Positions 61,274-64,000 of a stretch of 64,000 nucleotides of DNA are shown piece after piece (position 1 is the first letter of the stretch; the number at the start of each line of letters is the position of its first letter). This DNA is from an uncultured beta proteobacterium (GTDB lineage Bacteria > Pseudomonadota > Gammaproteobacteria > Burkholderiales > SG8-39): NCBI GenBank assembly GCA_963719995.1, contig CAVRDW010000005.1, positions 2,169,975-2,233,974 of the forward strand. Reading direction: 5' to 3'. The notes below the pieces were generated by a model, which ran no database searches, was not told the origin of the DNA, and was given only the letters and a program-made list of their open reading frames with translations. Made by a program: the position numbers and the translations under genes.

Positions 61274-62065
61274 CTATGGCCTATTCGCCAAGATCACCAT
61301 TCCGGCCAGTCGCCGGCAGAAAGCTCTTGCCGATCCTGCCAGCAGCGCCGATCTCGCCAATCCCGCCAATCGATGGAGGCTCAGTCTGCCGAGCCTGAAG
61401 CCAATGTAGTCCTCTTCAATATGTCGCAGCACGAAGCCGGCTTGCCGGAACGAGGCTTGCACTTCGCAATAAGTGCGATACGTGGTAAAGCTATCGAGCC
61501 AGCCAATGAAGTCGCGAGCCCACTCGGCCTGTGCCTTGCCTGCCTTGAAGTAACCGAGCCCTAGCGCACGCATTAGGCGCATGTAGGGAAGGCGCAATGT
61601 GCTCTCTCTGGAAAACCAGTGGATCATCGGTACACCGCAATGGCCCTCCCTTATGACCTCTCGGGACGGAAATAGCGTCAGCAACCGACCTCCAGGCTTG
61701 AGCACGCGAGCTATTTCTGTGAGCACTAGGTCTAGATTCTCGACATGTTCGAACACTTGATTCGAGATCACGAAGTCGAAATAGCGATCCACAAAAGGGA
61801 TGACACCGCCTTCACCTAGCTCCAAGACCGCGCTTCCGAGTAAACCCCTTTCCGCAGCGGCCTGCCTGGCGTTGCTTCCAGCGTAGAAGACTTCAACTCC
61901 GCATATATCCATCGCTTCGCGCCTGCCCATTGCCACGACCTCGCCACCGCCACACCCATAGTCGAGGATGCGGCCCCGAGGGCATATAGCACGGCACTTG
62001 CCGAGCACGTATTCGTAGTTCGGATGCACTAACTCATCGCTTCCGCACTTCTGACTTTGATCCAC
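61274..62065 (-). CDS. Class I SAM-dependent methyltransferase
   Basis: ILDYGCGGGEVV is SAM motif I. DFVISNQVFEHVENL and LKPGGRLL are also present. Confidence 0.8.
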   Translation of the reverse strand: MDQSQKCGSDELVHPNYEYVLGKCRAICPRGRILDYGCGGGEVVAMGRREAMDICGVEVFYAGSNARQAAAERGLLGSAVLELGEGGVIPFVDRYFDFVISNQVFEHVENLDLVLTEIARVLKPGGRLLTLFPSREVIREGHCGVPMIHWFSRESTLRLPYMRLMRALGLGYFKAGKAQAEWARDFIGWLDSFTTYRTYCEVQASFRQAGFVLRHIEEDYIGFRLGRLSLHRLAGLARSALLAGSARAFCRRLAGMVILANRP

Positions 62066-63171
62066 AAACCTTGATACGCGCGCACCATCGTCTCAAGGCT
62101 GAACTTCTCCTCTATGCGTGCACGGCATCTCTGACCCAACGCAGCACGACCCTTCGCAGCCACGACCGACAGCGCCTCCGCGATCGCGCGTGCCAACGCT
62201 TCTGGGTTGCGGCGCGGAACCACCCACCCGGTTTCACCAACAATCAGACGCGCATCGCCGACATCAGTGACCACACACGGTGTGCCGCAGGCCATTGCTT
62301 CGGCCACGGTGTTCGGGAACGCTTCGCCAACGCTTGATAGGACGTGCAAGTCGAGGGCGTTCATTACCGCGGGAACATCATCCCGAGCACCCGCGAGGAC
62401 CATCGTGTCATCCAGTCCGAGCTGGCGCACCCTCGCAGCCAGGACGGGATTGGCCCAGGCCATGTTTGCGCCAACCAGGACGCATCGAAACACTGCACCA
62501 GCCGTTCTTAGCTTGGCAAGTGCGTGCAGGAGGTTATTGTGATCCTTCTGCGGATCCCAGCGAGCTACCATCCCCAAGAGAGGTCCTTGTGGAGCGATTC
62601 CCCACTCTCTTCGCAGCCGCGCGCGGGCTTCCGAATTCGGCGAGAAGCAAGAAAGGTCATAGCCATTCGCGATAACGACGAAAGTGCCGTTCTCATAGCC
62701 CATGGTTTTGTGAAACCTAGTCGCCTCTTCGGAACAGCAAACGATGGCAGCTGGGATCCGCGTGGACAAGAGGGCGCAGATTCTGGCGGCGGCGCGAGCA
62801 CTGAAGCTGACCTTGTCTGTGTCCAAGTTGGAGTTGCGAATTCCCCACACCACAGTCCGGACACCGGCGCTGCGGGCTGCCAATCCCCCCAGGAGATCTC
62901 CGTGATACATCCACGTCTGGACAACGTCCGGATGCGCCCGGACAATTATCCGCCGCAAAGTCAGGATGCCATTGATACCAGTCCAACCCCGAAGGTTTCC
63001 AACTGAATGTACTTCCACACCGAGCTCGCGCAGGCGTGGGCCATAGTGGCCACTGTTCTTCAGCGAAACGACTGTGTGTGTGAAGTCCGGCGGCGACGCA
63101 GAAATGAGCCGATATAGCACCGCCTCTGCGCCGCCTTGTGCCAAGTCCGTGATGACATGCAAGACCTTCAC
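62029..63171 (-). CDS. Glycosyltransferase (GT-B fold, family 4-like)
   Basis: An intact 380-aa ORF with a GTG start. MKVLHVITDLAQGGAEAVLYRL and LHVLSSVGEAFPNTVAEAMACGTPCVVTDVGD are typical. Confidence 0.8.
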   Translation of the reverse strand: MKVLHVITDLAQGGAEAVLYRLISASPPDFTHTVVSLKNSGHYGPRLRELGVEVHSVGNLRGWTGINGILTLRRIIVRAHPDVVQTWMYHGDLLGGLAARSAGVRTVVWGIRNSNLDTDKVSFSARAAARICALLSTRIPAAIVCCSEEATRFHKTMGYENGTFVVIANGYDLSCFSPNSEARARLRREWGIAPQGPLLGMVARWDPQKDHNNLLHALAKLRTAGAVFRCVLVGANMAWANPVLAARVRQLGLDDTMVLAGARDDVPAVMNALDLHVLSSVGEAFPNTVAEAMACGTPCVVTDVGDARLIVGETGWVVPRRNPEALARAIAEALSVVAAKGRAALGQRCRARIEEKFSLETMVRAYQGLWIKVRSAEAMS

Positions 63172-64000
63172 AAAGATCTTGGCAATGCCACGGATTCGTC
63201 AAATAACTTGTCCCACATGGCAAGTACTCTCTTCATCGAATATCGCTCTCTGACTTCCACGGCGCGCAGCGCCATCCGCTCCCGCGCCGGGTCTATCCGC
63301 CATCAACCGGTCCAGAGCTCGAGTCAATGCTGCGATATCTCCGACCGGCGAAACGAGCAGGCCATCTAGCCCGTGACGAATAATGTCCCTTGGTCCTGTG
63401 TCGCAGTCGTAGCTGACCGCTGCGCATCCATGCGCCATTGCCTCTGCGAGTGTATTGGGAAAGCCCTCGAAACGAGAGGTCATCACGTAGAGCGAGGCAC
63501 GCCTGTACCAGTCGTCAATATTGCCAACGAGTCCGGGAAGAGCCACCCGGCCCGCTAGGCCCATCGTTTCAACTTGCTGCTTCAAGCGAATGGTCTCTTC
63601 CCCCTCCCCGACTATTGCCAGATTCCAGGAAGGATATCGGGGAGCGAGGTCGGCGAACGATGCAATGAGCCGATCGAACTGCTTGCCTTCATCGAGCCGA
63701 CCAACTGCAAGCAACAGCTTGCAGTCTGGCGCGACGATCAGCTCGGGTTGCAGCACGGGCTCCCCCCGTTCCAGGGGAACCTGCACAGGATTGGAAATTA
63801 CAACGCCTCTCGCCCCGGGAACGGTCGATTCCAGCCAACGCAAGCCTTCCGTGGTTAGCATTACGACGCCGGATGCGCACGGATACATAAGCCTTCGTAA
63901 CGTATCTAACAACCTGCCAATCTGTCGTGCCGGAGGATAGGTGCGTTCAGACACGAACAATTTGCAGCCCAGCCCCATAGTGGCGAGAAGGACTGCAACG
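63168..64000 (-). CDS. Glycosyltransferase (GT-B fold, family 4-like), C-terminal part; the gene runs off the right edge (apparent frameshift near 63300)
   Basis: LYVMTSRFEGFPNTLAEAMAHGCAAVSYDCDTGPRDIIRHGLDGLLV is present. The likely true C-terminus, ARERMALRAVEVRERYSMKRVLAMWDKLFDESVALPRSL, lies in another frame. It ends at TGA 63170-63168, overlapping the next GTG (GTGA). Confidence 0.75.

Overview
High-GC (by eye high-60s %) proteobacterial chromosomal window with two visibly lower-GC accessory blocks. The left part (1-23 kb) holds core-like genes. These are a MoxR/DUF58/transglutaminase-type membrane set, a DprE1/DprE2-like epimerase pair with a UPF0104 membrane protein, fadH, and an ada-alkA/ogt alkylation-repair pair. 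It also holds a partial phenylacetate (paa) cluster, fadD and transporters. The centre (22.4-39 kb) is an accessory island. It contains HicAB, an orphan LuxR-type response regulator, a T1SS ABC exporter, a lipoprotein and a roughly 9.5 kb (about 3,170 codon) RTX gene with an N-terminal lipase-like domain. An embedded MNT/HEPN toxin-antitoxin pair and a HlyD adaptor complete it. A roughly 135-bp direct repeat carrying promoter/RBS-like sequence sits in front of both the ABC and the HlyD genes. The right part contains a penicillin-acylase-family gene, phaZ, cysB plus sulfite reductase/DUF934, dsbB and a YjbH-PAP2 fusion. It ends with a lower-GC polysaccharide biosynthesis cluster (54-64 kb). A palindromic REP-like element (core GGGGTCAGGGCCGAAT) occurs in at least 12 clusters and is repeatedly found inside or fused to coding sequence. 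Roughly 30 apparent frameshifts break otherwise clear genes, so many CDS below span more than one frame. This looks more like indel error in the assembly than true decay, but that cannot be decided here. No rRNA, tRNA, CRISPR array, integrase or transposase gene was recognised.
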